NCBI RefSeq assembly: GCF_037042905.1
Contig: NC_087261.1
Coordinates: 9,052,001-9,116,000, forward strand
Source of the DNA: Lytechinus pictus
Taxonomy: Eukaryota
DNA: 64,000 nt
Direction of reading: 5' to 3'
The notes beneath the pieces are model-generated. The model was not told where the DNA came from. It saw only the letters and a program-made list of their open reading frames with translations, and ran no database searches. The translations under genes were made by a program, and so were the position numbers. This document shows positions 11,391 through 25,066 of this stretch, in pieces (positions within the stretch are counted from its first letter, which is position 1; each line of letters opens with the position of its first letter).

Positions 11391-12554
11391 TTATTTTCAT
11401 ATAATCTTAGTGTAAATTGTTAGGCACGTGCAAGTTAAAGTGAAGACTCTTTGGGGGATGGAGCTTGTCAATTTTTTTGTAAACAAAATGTCCCCTTGAA
11501 AATCCTGGATCTCCCCCTGGGTTGGATATAAATGAGTATTGGTCGTCGGACGTCAGTAATCGGTACTGATATCTGTCGGTAAAGGCCTAGCTATACCCCT
11601 GCTAACACATTCCTCTGGTTATTACCGTCCCCCCTTTCTATCCTATGTACCCGATCCCTTCGTCCGCCTGTCTATCTTTTTCCAATTTCAATTCCCTCAA
11701 CCTTCTGACATTCCTGCGAGTGAGTGAGTGATTTTCCCCATATCTAGTGACTAGTGATATATCACTATCGCATATATTTTAACGTTCATATCTATTTGTT
11801 TATGAGTGAATGGATGCATTTATTTTTTGTTTTAACTGTGTACATGGAAATAAAACAAATGCAAATCAGTACATGAATACAACTGATTTCAATGTCAAGT
11901 ACCTCTTTTATAACGTCTCCAAATGAGCAGAATTCGGAACATAATGTAAACACCATCAATTAGAAATATATCGATCACGATCCAATACATTTCATTTCTG
12001 GAATGAGATACAAAAAAATTAATTTCGACAATAAAGTGCAATCGCCCGATAGCAAATATCAGTAGTAGCAAGATCCCAACTGTTTTATTGGGCACCCCCT
12101 GGGTAACCTTTCTCACCTTCAGTGCCACTTCCAGACCTACACATCCAAACGTGTATGGGGGGCTACAAAATGCAGGGCAACGAGGACTGCGAGGTGCCCA
12201 AATATTCTCGTGTATTGGTAATTTTATGACCGAATGTATAATTTCTGCAAGTTTCATATCATGTAAAATGGCTAAATAATAATTGAAATTTTTTTCGCTC
12301 GCTTCGCTCGCTCAAAAATTAAAAACTGTAAAGTTGATACTTGGGCAATGATTATCAGCCCCCCCCCCTCGAAAAATTATGCCTATACGTCCATGCCTAC
12401 TACCCCCCCCCCCCACCTTGCTCATCCCTTACATCCCTTACATTACATTTTATGTAATATTTCACTAAAGTAAAAGGGGCGACCACCGCCCCCCCTTATG
12501 GCGCCTGCCCCTAAAATTGATGGCGTTCGGCTTAAATCGCATTGGCCAAAATTT

Positions 12555-13543
12555 ATTCGAAAAACGATTCTGCGCTGAATCGACAGCTATTCGGGACCCA
12601 TTCGTCTCTAATTCGGGGAGCTCCCCGAATTAGAGACGAATAGGTTCAGAATCTATCCATTATTTCTCCCTCCCCGAATGCGAGAAAGCTCGGGATGGAT
12701 TCGGGATCATTCTTACGGGGATTTTCGGCTTGTTTTGAAATGTTATAAACGACTACTCTCCAAAATACTCGCGATTGTGGCCCAAATATCACGAATTGAT
12801 TCGAATCCGCCAAGAATGCCCCGAAAACTGACCTCCCCGAATCCATACGAATCATTACCCAAATACAAAGCAGAATACAGGGCGAGAGAGCCGAATAGGC
12901 CAGAATACGGCCGAATGGCAGCCGAATAGGTCGAATTATTGGCCGAAATTACCCGATTAGCCTACAGCACCCGACGTGATATCGGCAGTTTGGTAGCGAG
13001 GAGAAGATCATCATTTTCCATGGAGTGCACAGGTCGAATTACAAGGTGCACATATAGTTGCACACCCATATATACCCCGTAAAAAGTGTAAACCTTGTTA
13101 TAAGGCGATTCGGTCAAAATTAGGTCCGATTTGAACCCAATTCGGATAATATTCTGGGGGCTTGTTATGGAAATTCGGTGGTAAACTTGGCGCATTCGGC
13201 CATATTCGTTCCGATTCGGCTTGATATTCGGGTCTTCATTCAGCAGTAATTTGAGCATTCGGGCCACATTCGGCTCGATTCTGGCACCTTTTGCTTGATT
13301 CTTGCCACTATTTGGGTTGGCATTCACATTTTATTCGAGATGGCCAAAGTTAATTCGGGTAAATTCTTGGCGATTCTGCTCTGAATCGGGACCAATTCTA
13401 TTTTTTATTCGGAGAGCTCTCCGAATAAGAGTCGAATAGGTTCCGAATCCATCCGAATCAGGCTATATTCGGGCAGAATCGGTCCGAATCATATCTCTAT
13501 GGTCCGAATCTATTCGGGAGGATTCGGTTTTGGTGTTACCCTA
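12555..13543. mobile_element. ATTCGG/CCGAAT-rich foldback-like repeat, probably a truncated TIR element
   Basis: Dozens of ATTCGG/CCGAAT motifs in both orientations, perfect palindromes at 12600-12641 and 13405-13428, and a right end ...TTTTGGTGTTACCCTA. Confidence 0.55.
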
Positions 13544-13767
13544 TAACCGACTATATACAATCATCCTAAATTATGATTATAATCTTTTATTATTATCGTC
13601 ACTTCTGTAGTCACCATCATCCTCACTTTCACCCTAATTCTCATTGTTATCTATTAATGATCTTCATCGTCCTCGTTATCGTCTTCAACGTCACCATTAA
13701 CGCTATCGTCGATCATCATCATCATCATCATCATGACAATCATCATTCATAATTTAAACCACGATTA

Positions 13768-14039
13768 CACGGCCCTGGGAAGCGGGGATGCTGAAGCACC
13801 CCAAAATTTACCTGTGGGTGCTGCGTGTGTGATTCTTCATATAGGCAGCACCCCCTGGAAATCTGGTAGGTAAGCAGAAATGTAACCAAAGTGACCTTCA
13901 TTTTGTAGTGAAAACCTTTTCATTTTTTTTCTTGTCAAATTTGTCGTGACCAAAATGACCTTCATTTTGTCGTGAAAACCTTTTTTTTTTGTTCAAATTT
14001 CAACCGGCACCCCCTGTTAAAAATCGTTCCAGGGCCCTG
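13768..14039. mobile_element. hAT-like MITE with 8-bp TSD
   Basis: CACGGCCCTGGGA...TTCCAGGGCCCTG, flanked by CACGATTA and CATGATTA (one CpG-type mismatch). Confidence 0.7.
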
Positions 14040-16381
14040 CATGATTAATAATTCATGTCGAGACAATCATATACAATAACACAACTTTGCTGTATCACAA
14101 TAATTTTGAAGGAGTCTTTATTTACAGTAAGATCTTATACAAAATTGCATACATTGACGTTTCTGAAAAACTTTGAAAAAAAAACATCAAAGTTCGTTTT
14201 GCACATATTATATCTTCTTACTATAGGCCTAATTGGACGGAATAATAGATGAAATTCACATTGGCATGGTTGTATACAGAAGCTAAATTGGTATAACTTA
14301 TAGGTGGTAAAATCTATTTATTGCACGTAAAACGAAATACCACTTTTGGGTTTGTGGCGAATGAATATTATGAATATTGGTTGTCATAATTATGGTCCAC
14401 TTATATTAATTCGACAATGCAAAGTCTCACGAATCAAACTGATGCAAGTAGAGAAAAGAAATGATCTTAATTTCGTATCAAACAAAACAAAATGATAAAA
14501 TGCATAAAAGCTCATATAAAAAAACAAACTAGTTAAAAATAATTAGAGTACTAGTTGTAGGCAGCTTGGTACTAGTATATGTATAATGTCTGAATGATCT
14601 AGTCATGTAGACCCTATTTGTCGTTGTACTATTTTCTAGTCAGGAATGAGCGTGTCCTTATCAGGGCCCCCGTATATACTAATCGCTAATTTGAAAGAAC
14701 AATTCTGATTGGTTCCCCGTCAGTCTACTGAGCAAAATGCACATGCAACGATGATCTTGATAGGCCATTTCATTTAGCGATTAATCGCTAACCTATGTGT
14801 TACGGGGCCTAGACTCAATTTTAACAACTAGTAGCTTGTTAGAATATACAGTATCGGATTCAATCTCCTATAAGGCAGTCAACTCAGTGTCCGTGCCGAT
14901 TTTCATGCAAGTATATTAACCAATTACATCAATATAAAACTTGTGAAAAAAGGCGAGTTTTCTCACCGGCTACGCAGAACGAATTTAAGAACACAGTAAA
15001 TGTATTGAAAAATTTCCTTCAAATGACAACGAACAGCTGGGAGGTCTTTGTCGAAAATAATAACTGTTGAACCTGAACAGCACCTTTGTCTTAAGTTTCG
15101 GAGCTGACGAAAATTTGCAAATATGTCGTTTGTCGAGAGTCCTGGACGACCCTGCTGTGCTGATTCACCGATTTTCGACAAGGACTTCTTGGTTACACTT
15201 TGTTATGAAGTGCATTTGACAATACACTTTCTAGGTTCTTAAAAGAGTTCTGCGTCGTAGTGCGAAAACTCCATATTGATAAAGCACATGCAAGCACACT
15301 CACAAACCACGCGCTCATCTTCATTCCTACGATAGAGGACTGTGCACATTTTATTGCAAGATTTTACATTAGTATTATTCTTAAATAGTCCCTATTAATT
15401 TCTCAGTTTCCATACTTTATGAGTGACAATCACCGCATCATCTTATCTGATCCATTAAATTCAGATTTGAAATACCTATTTATTGCAGAAAACAATGACG
15501 TGAAGACCTATATAGGGTGGGCTTAAGTTGAACATGTTGTTTTTGTTGTTTCATTTTCCCAAACTTGAGAATTTAAGTTCCGCGCCACATTTTAAACAAG
15601 TTTAATAAAGTCAGTGCTGAATTCGCATACTGTCCAATGCCTTGACCACTTAGACCGATGGACCAATACAATGATAGGCCTATGAATGAGTAAGAGAAAG
15701 CAAACGTTCTCGGTTGATGGATTATGATCCCGTTTGTGTTTATAAATATCCGAAAATTAGATCAAAGTTTCGAATAAACACAATAACACACGTCCCCACT
15801 TTGGCGGTGAAATGTAAAACGATTTCCCATATTGACTAAGAATGCGTGTACGGGTGTCTCTACTTGTGTGTGACGTGGATCACACAAAAAGCTAAAGTAT
15901 CATTGATCAATAATTATTGATTGGCACATTGGCCCTCTATTGGCGACGCGTCGCGATATACCCGACAGTCACCAATAGAGGGCCAAGGATTAATGACGTT
16001 TCATTCATTTCTTTTCTTACCATCTTGGTTTAACCCGAGATAAGCAACTGAGAATGTCAAAGATTTTACAGCATTTTGTTTTAATATACATTTTGATATA
16101 TGCCTATATACACTCAAAATTTAATTTGGAAGGCATTCCAAACGCCTCCTACCCTGTTAAGACAACGAAAAAAGGTTTCAATAAAACATAAGTTGTTTCT
16201 GGCAATAAACTTTTCATGAAAATTCAAACAGGTCCATGCAATACTATGTGACTTTGTTTATCATTTCCTTTTCTGTCACACGTAATTCCACGACAGCTAG
16301 ATATTCTCCTGTATAATGGCGCGTATATATGGGTTCTGAAAAAAATAAATATGTATATAAATACATAACGGCCAGCATCTT

Positions 16382-19300
16382 TTAGCGGTGTTCGAAGAAC
16401 ACATCACGCATTTCTCGATCACGGACTGTTGATGATTTGCTGAATGTCTGGATGGGCGGGATGGCCATCCGATGGACTGGTACATTCCTCGCCGTGCTCG
16501 TCGAGGCCTCCTCTCGCATATCCACGTGGTCATCGATTCTGTAGATGAAATGAAATGAAGATGAAATAGAAAAGAAGAATGTATTGGTAAGACGTGTGCA
16601 AATTCTGCAATATGCCAAGCTTCTTTGGTATAAAAAGAGACATGATGATGTGCGTTGTTGATAATAATCAGTAGTCCTAATAATTCCTAACTGAAATTTG
16701 AATATTTTAGAATGAAAAGTTTTCGCATAGCGTATAAATTAATATTTCGTACTAAAAATTTATTTCACAAGTGTATAATAAATCAATCTTTATCCGTCTT
16801 TGAATTTTCACATGACTGCCGATACAGAGACGGTGTTCCGGGGGGGGGGGGGGTGGTGACTACCCCAATGATCATGATTTCCCTCCCCGCAAAATACACT
16901 GACGGTCCCCTTCCCTGCATTTATATAGTTGTTATTATCCGAACAAAGAGGGGTTTTGTGTTTGATACAGCCCCCCCCCAAAAAAAAAAAAAAAAAAATA
17001 GAACCCATATTTGCTAAATACTCATTCATTCAGACTCTCATGGCACACCCCTGCCCAGTATCTGAAGATATTTACTTTATTAACAAAGCAAAAGTTGCCT
17101 TAACGAAGCCTATCTCAGCCTGTGAATTTTGGATTTAAAAAAGCCTATCAATGTTCTAGTCCTCGCTCTGCTCTCTGCCTCAAGTCCCGCCCCCCCCCCA
17201 AAAAAAAAAAAAATAATAATAATAATAATAATAATGACAGAAAATCTCAATATATTTGCAAAAAAAAAATTGTCGTATAAAGTTCTTCATTTGCATCAAA
17301 TTCATGAAGTTTTCTCATCAATTCAACTATTATTATTGTGCTATTATATTTTCGGGGGAAAGGAGGCTCGCTCGCTTCACCATCTTGCAAAATATGCACA
17401 TATACACATTTTTTTTGCACTACATCCACAACTCAGCCCCTATACCGGGGCATTCTGGTATTCAGGGGCCGCGGAAACGGGGAAAGGGCTGGATGGGCTT
17501 CAGCCCCCCCCCCCCCCACTTTTTTTCAAGAACGTAAAAGTTACCATCTGCTTGTGATTTTTTACATGGTCAGCCCCCCCCCCCCCGCACTTTCAAAACC
17601 GTTCCGCGGGCCCCTTGGAAAAAGTTCATGGAAGGATAGATTTCATTGGTTTTTTTACACCAAAGCATAAATGACACAGGAAATTCTTTTTTTACATTCG
17701 AGTGACATCTCCGGATGTTAGCCTACATCTAGGCCTGTGGACTTAATTATTCTTGGCATTGAATTACAGCTCATCTCCCACGAACTAACACGGTCAGCAA
17801 TCTGTCAGAACAATATTTATCCAAAAAAATTAATCATTATCCCGCCCACCACGTGAAAGGGGTTTGTCATCATACATTGTGCGAATTCGATAATGAATTA
17901 CCCCCTCCCAATTTCTCGCTCGAAGCGCATTAAAAATATCAAGTTACACGAGAGAACAATAGAAGCATGTAAGCAAATACGAATCATCAATAAATATAAA
18001 GGAAAAATATTGTACGGCTGCCGGCTGGATCGAGCTGCGCTTATTTGTATATTACTTGATTTTTATGGGGATGGGTGGGTCTACATCATATTTTCTCTGA
18101 TATTTATTTTGTAGACATGCCTACCTGACTAATTAAACATATTTCACTTGACAAACTATATAGGAACCAATTACTGTTTTCTTGTCTTGTTGCAGTGGCG
18201 TAATGAGCCAAAAGTGTTGGAGGGTCTAGATTGCGTATCGGGTAAAATTTGAAGAAAAAAAAATTGCGAGCGAAGCGAGCGAGCAAAACTTTAGATGATT
18301 TTATTACAAAATCAAACTTTGTGATATAGATTCTGACATAATATTAAGAAAATTTCGCCATTCTCTCTTTCCTTTTCTTTTTTTTCTTTGTCGTGTTTTT
18401 TTCCGGGGGGGGGGGCAAGCGCCCCCACCTGTACGCCAGTGTCTTGTTGGTTCGCGAGAAATAATGTTGTTCACAGCATGCTGAATAAACACACAAAAGG
18501 GAGGGGGGTATAAGTTGCAGCAACGAGTGGTATGATGATTCATCAATCAAAGGTGGCGATTAAGTTACGGCAATATCTCTGATCATACGATTTCCATCTT
18601 TTCTTTTTCTCGGCACCCTTCCAATTGCCTTTCTCTATATCTGATAAGCGTATATGTATATGTACCCCCTTTCCTTCCAGGGCACAAATCAGAAGAGAGA
18701 ATGTGAGAGACTGAGGCGATCGAGAGAGATATACCGAGAGACAGGGTGATCGAGGGGCGATAAAGAGGGGCATGATACTAGGAATGACCTCTGGTGAATA
18801 CTGAAAGGACATGCAAACTTTAAAGTCCTTTGCCACATTTATGACGTAGTGAAAGTTGGGTAAAACTGGCGGGGATTTCCCTTTACTTTTTATTGTCACG
18901 GAGACCAGAAGTCCAGATTTTGTAGATCTAGGTCTATATGTTATTGTTGGCATTGACACAAAAATCATCTCTCACGATAATACAAGGTCCAAAGTTGATA
19001 AAATGCACATTTGAATTCTTTGAAGTAAATTTCTTTTTTTGAAATTCTGAAATGTTTTGTTTCTTTTAAGTGAAAATGACATGTACAGCTTCTCCGAGCC
19101 GGCATGCCAATTTGAGGACTTTTTAGAAATTTTTAAACAGTTGAGATTCGACTGTACGGGCTTCATGAGAGTTAATTTCCCCCATTTTACTTATCAAGAA
19201 AGTGGAATCGATTGTCAGAATCGATTGTATAGGTGCCGTTGCCGAGTGGTATAAGGCGCCTGGCTATACATAGAAAGTCATGGGTTCGATCCCCGGCCTG

Positions 19301-22300
19301 TTAGCAAGGCATTTAATGGACAATGCTCTTTTATCCTGCTTTCTAGTAAATGGAAATGCTATATGCATTATTGGTAACTTGATGTGCACTTGTTTAAAAG
19401 AAAAGAAAACAAAAACGACAATCGTTTTTTTTTCTAGGTTCAGTGCTGTTCAGTGAGTGCTGTGCGTAACACCGAATATCTCGCTGCAACATCGTTAACA
19501 ACGAGATATTCATGCCCATTCTCAATTATTTTCAGACCGTCGGGCCCTGTTGCATGAAATTGACTATATTATGGTAATTCTGCCATGATCCTGAGGTTAT
19601 TTCCTTTTGAAAGCTTGATGGTAGTAACCATTTCATACAGCAGCCTATGGGAAGGACTAAAATCTCACAAAAGTCACCACGCACGGTAATAACCATAGAG
19701 CTATTATTGGATGGTGCAGGTACCCTGGTGAAAATTAAAAGTCTATGAATAACAGATTGTCATTGAAAATTGTTTATTTTCATAAATTAATCGTCTTCCT
19801 GACATATATACGAAGTTATATCACAAATATACCTTCTTGAGCTTTTACACATTACATTCCCCCAACGAGCGAGGTGCACAAATAATTTTCCATTTCTTAT
19901 TTATACTTGAGAATAACATCAGCTCGAATACATTGCCAATTTGCCATATCATAAGGAAGCAATGCGAATTTGAAAACTTAACACAAATCGGCCATCGATC
20001 GTAGAGAAATACACTGCAATACAAAAAACAAAAGACAGAAAGTACACAACAAACAGACGGCGGGAGTTAACAGTCAAAATAATGATTATTGTTAATGAGA
20101 TTAATGAAAATGTACAGTGCGTGTAGTTGAGTTCATATTCTAGACATGTACATGTATATTAGTGTGATCATTATATTCATCTTCTACAGGTTTAATTGCA
20201 TGGATTAGTACGATCCCAAAATTGAAACATATTTAGATGTTAAAATTGGTTAACATTACATGTAGAGGTTAACATATAGTTGATATTCATTATGTGCAGT
20301 TACATACAACTTGCACAATAATCAACTTGACTCCTAGGCAGTGTAGGCACTATATACAGCTAAAGATTGTTGTGAATCAAACGATATGTGTGTAATGTAA
20401 AGACCAAAGGTATGAAGAAAAGATACAGTATGCCAAGAAGAAAATGATATTAAACATAAGAATACAGTATGAATTACAAGATGATAGTTTCCTATGCTGA
20501 TATTATTACATGAATACCACAGGCCCAATAAATCTGACAAACATAACATGACTTATTTTAAGTATCATATATTTTTATTGATTTCTGGTTAATTTATGTG
20601 GGTTTTCCCCCTTCAAACTCATTAGCTTTGCATTTATTTCAATCAAGTGTGAATAAATAACCAATCAATGCTATTTCATATATCATAATTTAATATTCAC
20701 CTTACACTTTACTACCACACTATTACTATACATATATATATCTTATACTCATATAAAGGTTTATTTTTAATGATCAAGTGTGTATATATATATGGTAAGG
20801 TGCCAGAACTCAATTTGTCTTGGTTCAAATGGAAAGACCACTCAAATTTCAGCCAGAGATTCTATTGCATATGCATTAACAACATGAGGTCAAATTACAT
20901 TACAATATTAAGGTGTAACAGAGAAAAAAAAAACATATTAAATTCAGCTTTATCGATTTCAGTGTATTTATATGTAGAATAGTACAGTATTTTTATGTTA
21001 TACATTTTTATCTAGCCAAATGCAAACATCAGCTTATGGTAAAATGTTTTAATTAAAACATAAAAAGCGATCATTAAACATATTCTATATATCTGGTAAA
21101 TTTATTTGGAGACTTTGGGGAAAATATTACTAATTATCTATTTAAAAAATCGAAGTAATCTTTCATGTTACTCAGAGTATATTAAAAAGGACAAAGAGTA
21201 TATTGAACATTCACACATAGAAGAACTTATAAAGTCCACAAAACATGTCTAAATCTATATTTAGATGTATAACATGGACAAGAAATCATTAAAGGGCAAT
21301 CCAACCCAAATAAAAAATTGTTTTTATAAGGAAAAGAAAATTCAGACAAGTCGATAGGTGAAAGTTTGAATAATATTGGACAAACAACAAGAAAGTTATG
21401 AATTTTTAAAAGTTGTAAATATTGGTAATCATTATACCCATGGAGACTTCAAATTGGCTGCATATGGGATTTCATAGTGATGTAATACTCTTCCATGTAC
21501 TCCATTACATATAATGGCTAAAATGTAATTTTTCCCGAAAGTTTTATTTCAAAGTATATTTTTCTTTCATTATGACATAAATCAATATACTACCTAGGTT
21601 ATATTTAGATTACTGCCCCAGGGGAATGGGTACTTAGGAGAAAACCACAAATCCCTGATAATAAAGTACATGGACTATGGGAAAGTTGTCCTTGCCCCTT
21701 GTCATAATTTACTTACCCAGTTGCCAATTTGAAATCTACATAGTATTAATGATCTCAATTTTAAAGCAGCTATAACTTTCTTATTGCTTGTCCGATTTCT
21801 TTCAAACTTTCACCATTCTGTTTAATTTATTTTTCTCCTTCCCAACACAATATTTTATGGCCAAGGCTGGATTCCCCTTTAACTATCAAACTAAAATTCA
21901 CACATATGTGAACGGCAAGTAATAATCGAGAACATAAATCTATGCAGCTATTTCTGAGTTGAGTTCTAGCAATATTTTAGAGCAAAGTGAGATAGATTAG
22001 TATCCTTATTAGCCCATTACAAAAAACCCCAACAATTCAAGAAATAATTATAGCATACATAATGCTAATTTCTATACATATTCTATACATTTTCCTGCGT
22101 TTTTAAGGTACAGTAACAAATCTTTGGTAGTTGAAATTTACATATTCATGACAGGTTAAAAAAGTGCCAATATACTACACTGTACCGGTTAAGTTATATG
22201 TAAAACTGCAACAACACAAAGAGAGAGGGATTCACATAACAGAGCCGCAGTGTGAGCCTAATTTTTCAGAAATATATCAAATTAAGTGGATTTAGACCAT

Positions 22301-25066
22301 TACTTTCTCCTATTTCAATCTTTACAGAACAGAAATTAAAATGAATTAAATTTGATTGTTTTGTTTTTTCATTTTAAGTAAGATAAGATTTGGCTGTGCA
22401 TCGTAAATAAAGTCAAAATTTTCAATTCCACCAACCAATATTGATGTGGGATGGGAAATATATTGATGAAATGATGTTATAGATTACAAAGATGTTACTA
22501 ATATATGCTGCCCAAAACCAATGGAATGATTCAATGTAAATCTTAATCTTGTTTATCTCAAAAGATGCTCATAGTCATTTCAAAGTTGAACAGAGATATG
22601 GACGATATGAACATAAAAAAGTAAATTGAAAACACTGAAAATCTGAACAAGTAGACCCTACATGAAGTTATATGAAAGTTATGTTGTTAAACATGGAGAG
22701 AAATGAAGGTTAATAGATCACTGAGGGGTTGCTCTATAAAGCTGCTCGTAAAATAATGCTCAACTTTAAATACAAACGACTGGAATATGGCATGCTAAAT
22801 GTGTGTCTAAATCACTTTGTTTGAAGTTGATATTATATATTATCAACATTTCTATAGTTAAAACACACTTTAATGGCAAGGTATTTTTGCCTTAATAAGC
22901 ACAAATTATGTGAAATACAGTCGTTCTTCGGTTAGTATCTCATAAAAAACTTGTTCCAATATTATATTTCATATTCCAGTCATTTGTTCAGTCATGCATA
23001 ACTTTTCAAAATGCTTTTAGAAACACCATCTTTACAACAATCACAAAAGGAAGCAGGTGACAAAATGCAGACATTGCCATTAAATCAATACCATGATGTC
23101 TTGTCTTATGTATTTTATCTGAATTTGGTCCAGAAGAAAAGCTGGGGAACTAAAAATTTCAGTAACATGCATATATTTGGTTGTCATGTCATATTGCTTC
23201 CTTATGTCATGTTGGTGTACCATAGCCCAAGATGTGCAATGGATTCACACTGCAGGTGCAAAGTGCGCCCGCATCACGTCAAACCGGCACGCTAACTTAC
23301 AATGCGCTGTCCTGATGGTACATCTCCTGTGCTGACCGCGGAATCAAGAACTCGTTAACACGGCCGACGGTACCCGTTCTGTCCTTGTAGTGTTCCCTCT
23401 GTACCTGAGCAAGCTAAAAGCAATGAGAACAGTCTCATTATTATATTATCTACAATGTAGACTTTAACATTTTTTTTCTTCTTGCAAGAAAGTGCTCGCC
23501 CCTGCAATACTTGCAAGAGCAAGACAATTGAGTGTAATTGTTAGAAATATGATTGGGTACACATAAAAACATAAAACTTGTCAATATGAAAATTATCAAG
23601 TCCTTTTATTTTCCAGTATGTATTATATAACATTTCCTCATCTTTTAAGTTTGTTTCAGATTTTGGTCTGAAAGCAAATAATCAATTGTATGGAAAATCA
23701 CTTCTTACATGTAGGAGAACTGAATGTAATATACTGTACACCTTCTTTCCTAATCTTTATTCAGAAAAATATGGATTGCCAAGGAAAAGTGACCCTATCA
23801 CCTTAATTAGCTGTACTGAACTTGGAGAGATAATTCATTACCAATGTGACTTCCCAAATGTACATATCATTGAATTTCAGCCAACAACTGGTTTCAAATT
23901 ACCTTATCAAATTTGTTGATTTCTTCTTTCCTGTCATGATTTACATTGCTAAGAGAATAATTTGGTTCTGTCCTCCACCTCTCCCTGGTCCTGTCCCTAG
24001 CTCCAATCACTTGGTCTGGGTTATGAGTGTAGACCGTCGGGAACTGGCCTCCGTTGGCGTAGTTGGTCTTGCTATCGTTCAGGGTTGTGGAGCGATAATC
24101 TTGCAGGCATTTAGCAGTGGCATTTCCGTACGTCTCCCCATAATCAAACTTCATAGTAGGGCAATGTCCTTTGTATCTGATAAGAAATGGAACAGATAAC
24201 ATAAATATGCAGTCTTGAGACTAAGAATATATAATATTTACATCAATAATATATCTGCACATTTGTTATATGAATTATCAATCTGAGATGTAGATCTGCA
24301 CACTTTCATACATTTTCCCAGGGGGGGGGGGCACTTTCATTGACGAGTAGATACCATGCGTGACCATGGGGTTTCGAAAAGCACCCTAGACAAGTATTTT
24401 CAATGTTCTAAAAAGCCCCCTTAACAAGTATATTGGCATGTGAATCCCTATCCTAAACAAGTATTGGAAATAAAACGGTACCCTTGACAAAATTTTAACT
24501 GCCTTATAAATGAACCTGCACATTATTTGCAAGTAAGTCATGACAATAAATAAAAATAGTATTATTTATACCAATGAAAATAGTGCAGTCAAAACAAGTA
24601 GTAGTGAAAACACAAAACAAAAGGTACTGCCAGTCATTGCCACATTAGATCGAGGGCCTAGTCTAGATACACGAAGACTAAAGACTAGATCTAGAGAGGA
24701 AAATCTAGTCTTCTAGACCTACATTGTAACTTATAATACTACTTAACATTACTGTTCAGTTACAGAGTGAAACAACAATGAGAAAAGATTATTTGCAACG
24801 TAGCTAATTTATAACTTATAATTATAAGGTGAACCAATATAACTTGGAAATCTCTAACAGGTTTCAAGGTTTTAAATAATTCAAGCTACACTGACTGCCT
24901 CCTTCTTAATTTCAACAGTTATTAAAACCATCACAAATCACAGTACAGTAATAAAACTAATATATCACAGCAAACCTTTTCAAAATTTGACTTACCCTGG
25001 CATCAATCGGGGAGGGATATATGTTGCCTGATGAGTAGTTTGAAGAGTTCCTGCGCTTCTAGACAT
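16382..25066 (-). CDS. CIMIP2C: Ciliary microtubule inner protein 2C (FAM166C/C2orf70 homolog), 204 aa, 4 exons
   Basis: Exons: 25066-24996 (MSRSAGTLQTTHQATYIPPRLMP), 24176-23903 (GYKGHCPTMKFDYGETYG...GGQFPTVY...RERW), 23413-23301 (LAQVQREHYKDRTGTVGRV...), 16538-16382 (...RDREMRDVFFEHR*). All introns are GT-AG and phases 2/0/2 match. The N-terminus, PGY motif and C-terminal RD.FFE.R match my recollection of vertebrate C2orf70/FAM166C. Confidence 0.9.
17463..17617. mobile_element. Short poly-C TIR element (hAT-like termini)
   Basis: Inverted termini CAGGGGCCGCGGAAACGG ... CCGTTCCGCGGGCCCCT. Confidence 0.55.
19232..19415 (+). mobile_element. tRNA-derived SINE
   Basis: GGTGCCGTTGCCGAGTGGTATAAGGCG (A box) ... 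GGGTTCGATCCCCGGCC (B box), then an unrelated body and A-rich tail. No closed tRNA acceptor stem. Confidence 0.7.
21293..21878. mobile_element. TTAA-flanked MITE (Kolobok-like), copy 1, in CIMIP2C intron 3
   Basis: TTAA|AGGGCAATCCAACC ... GGCTGGATTCCCCT|TTAA. Closely similar to the reverse complement of 43290-43888. Confidence 0.85.

Noticed and set aside
19232-19298. tRNA gene
   Set aside because: It has A and B boxes but no proper cloverleaf or acceptor stem and continues into a SINE body. The tRNA-like minus-strand segment at about 640-705 was rejected for the same lack of a cloverleaf.
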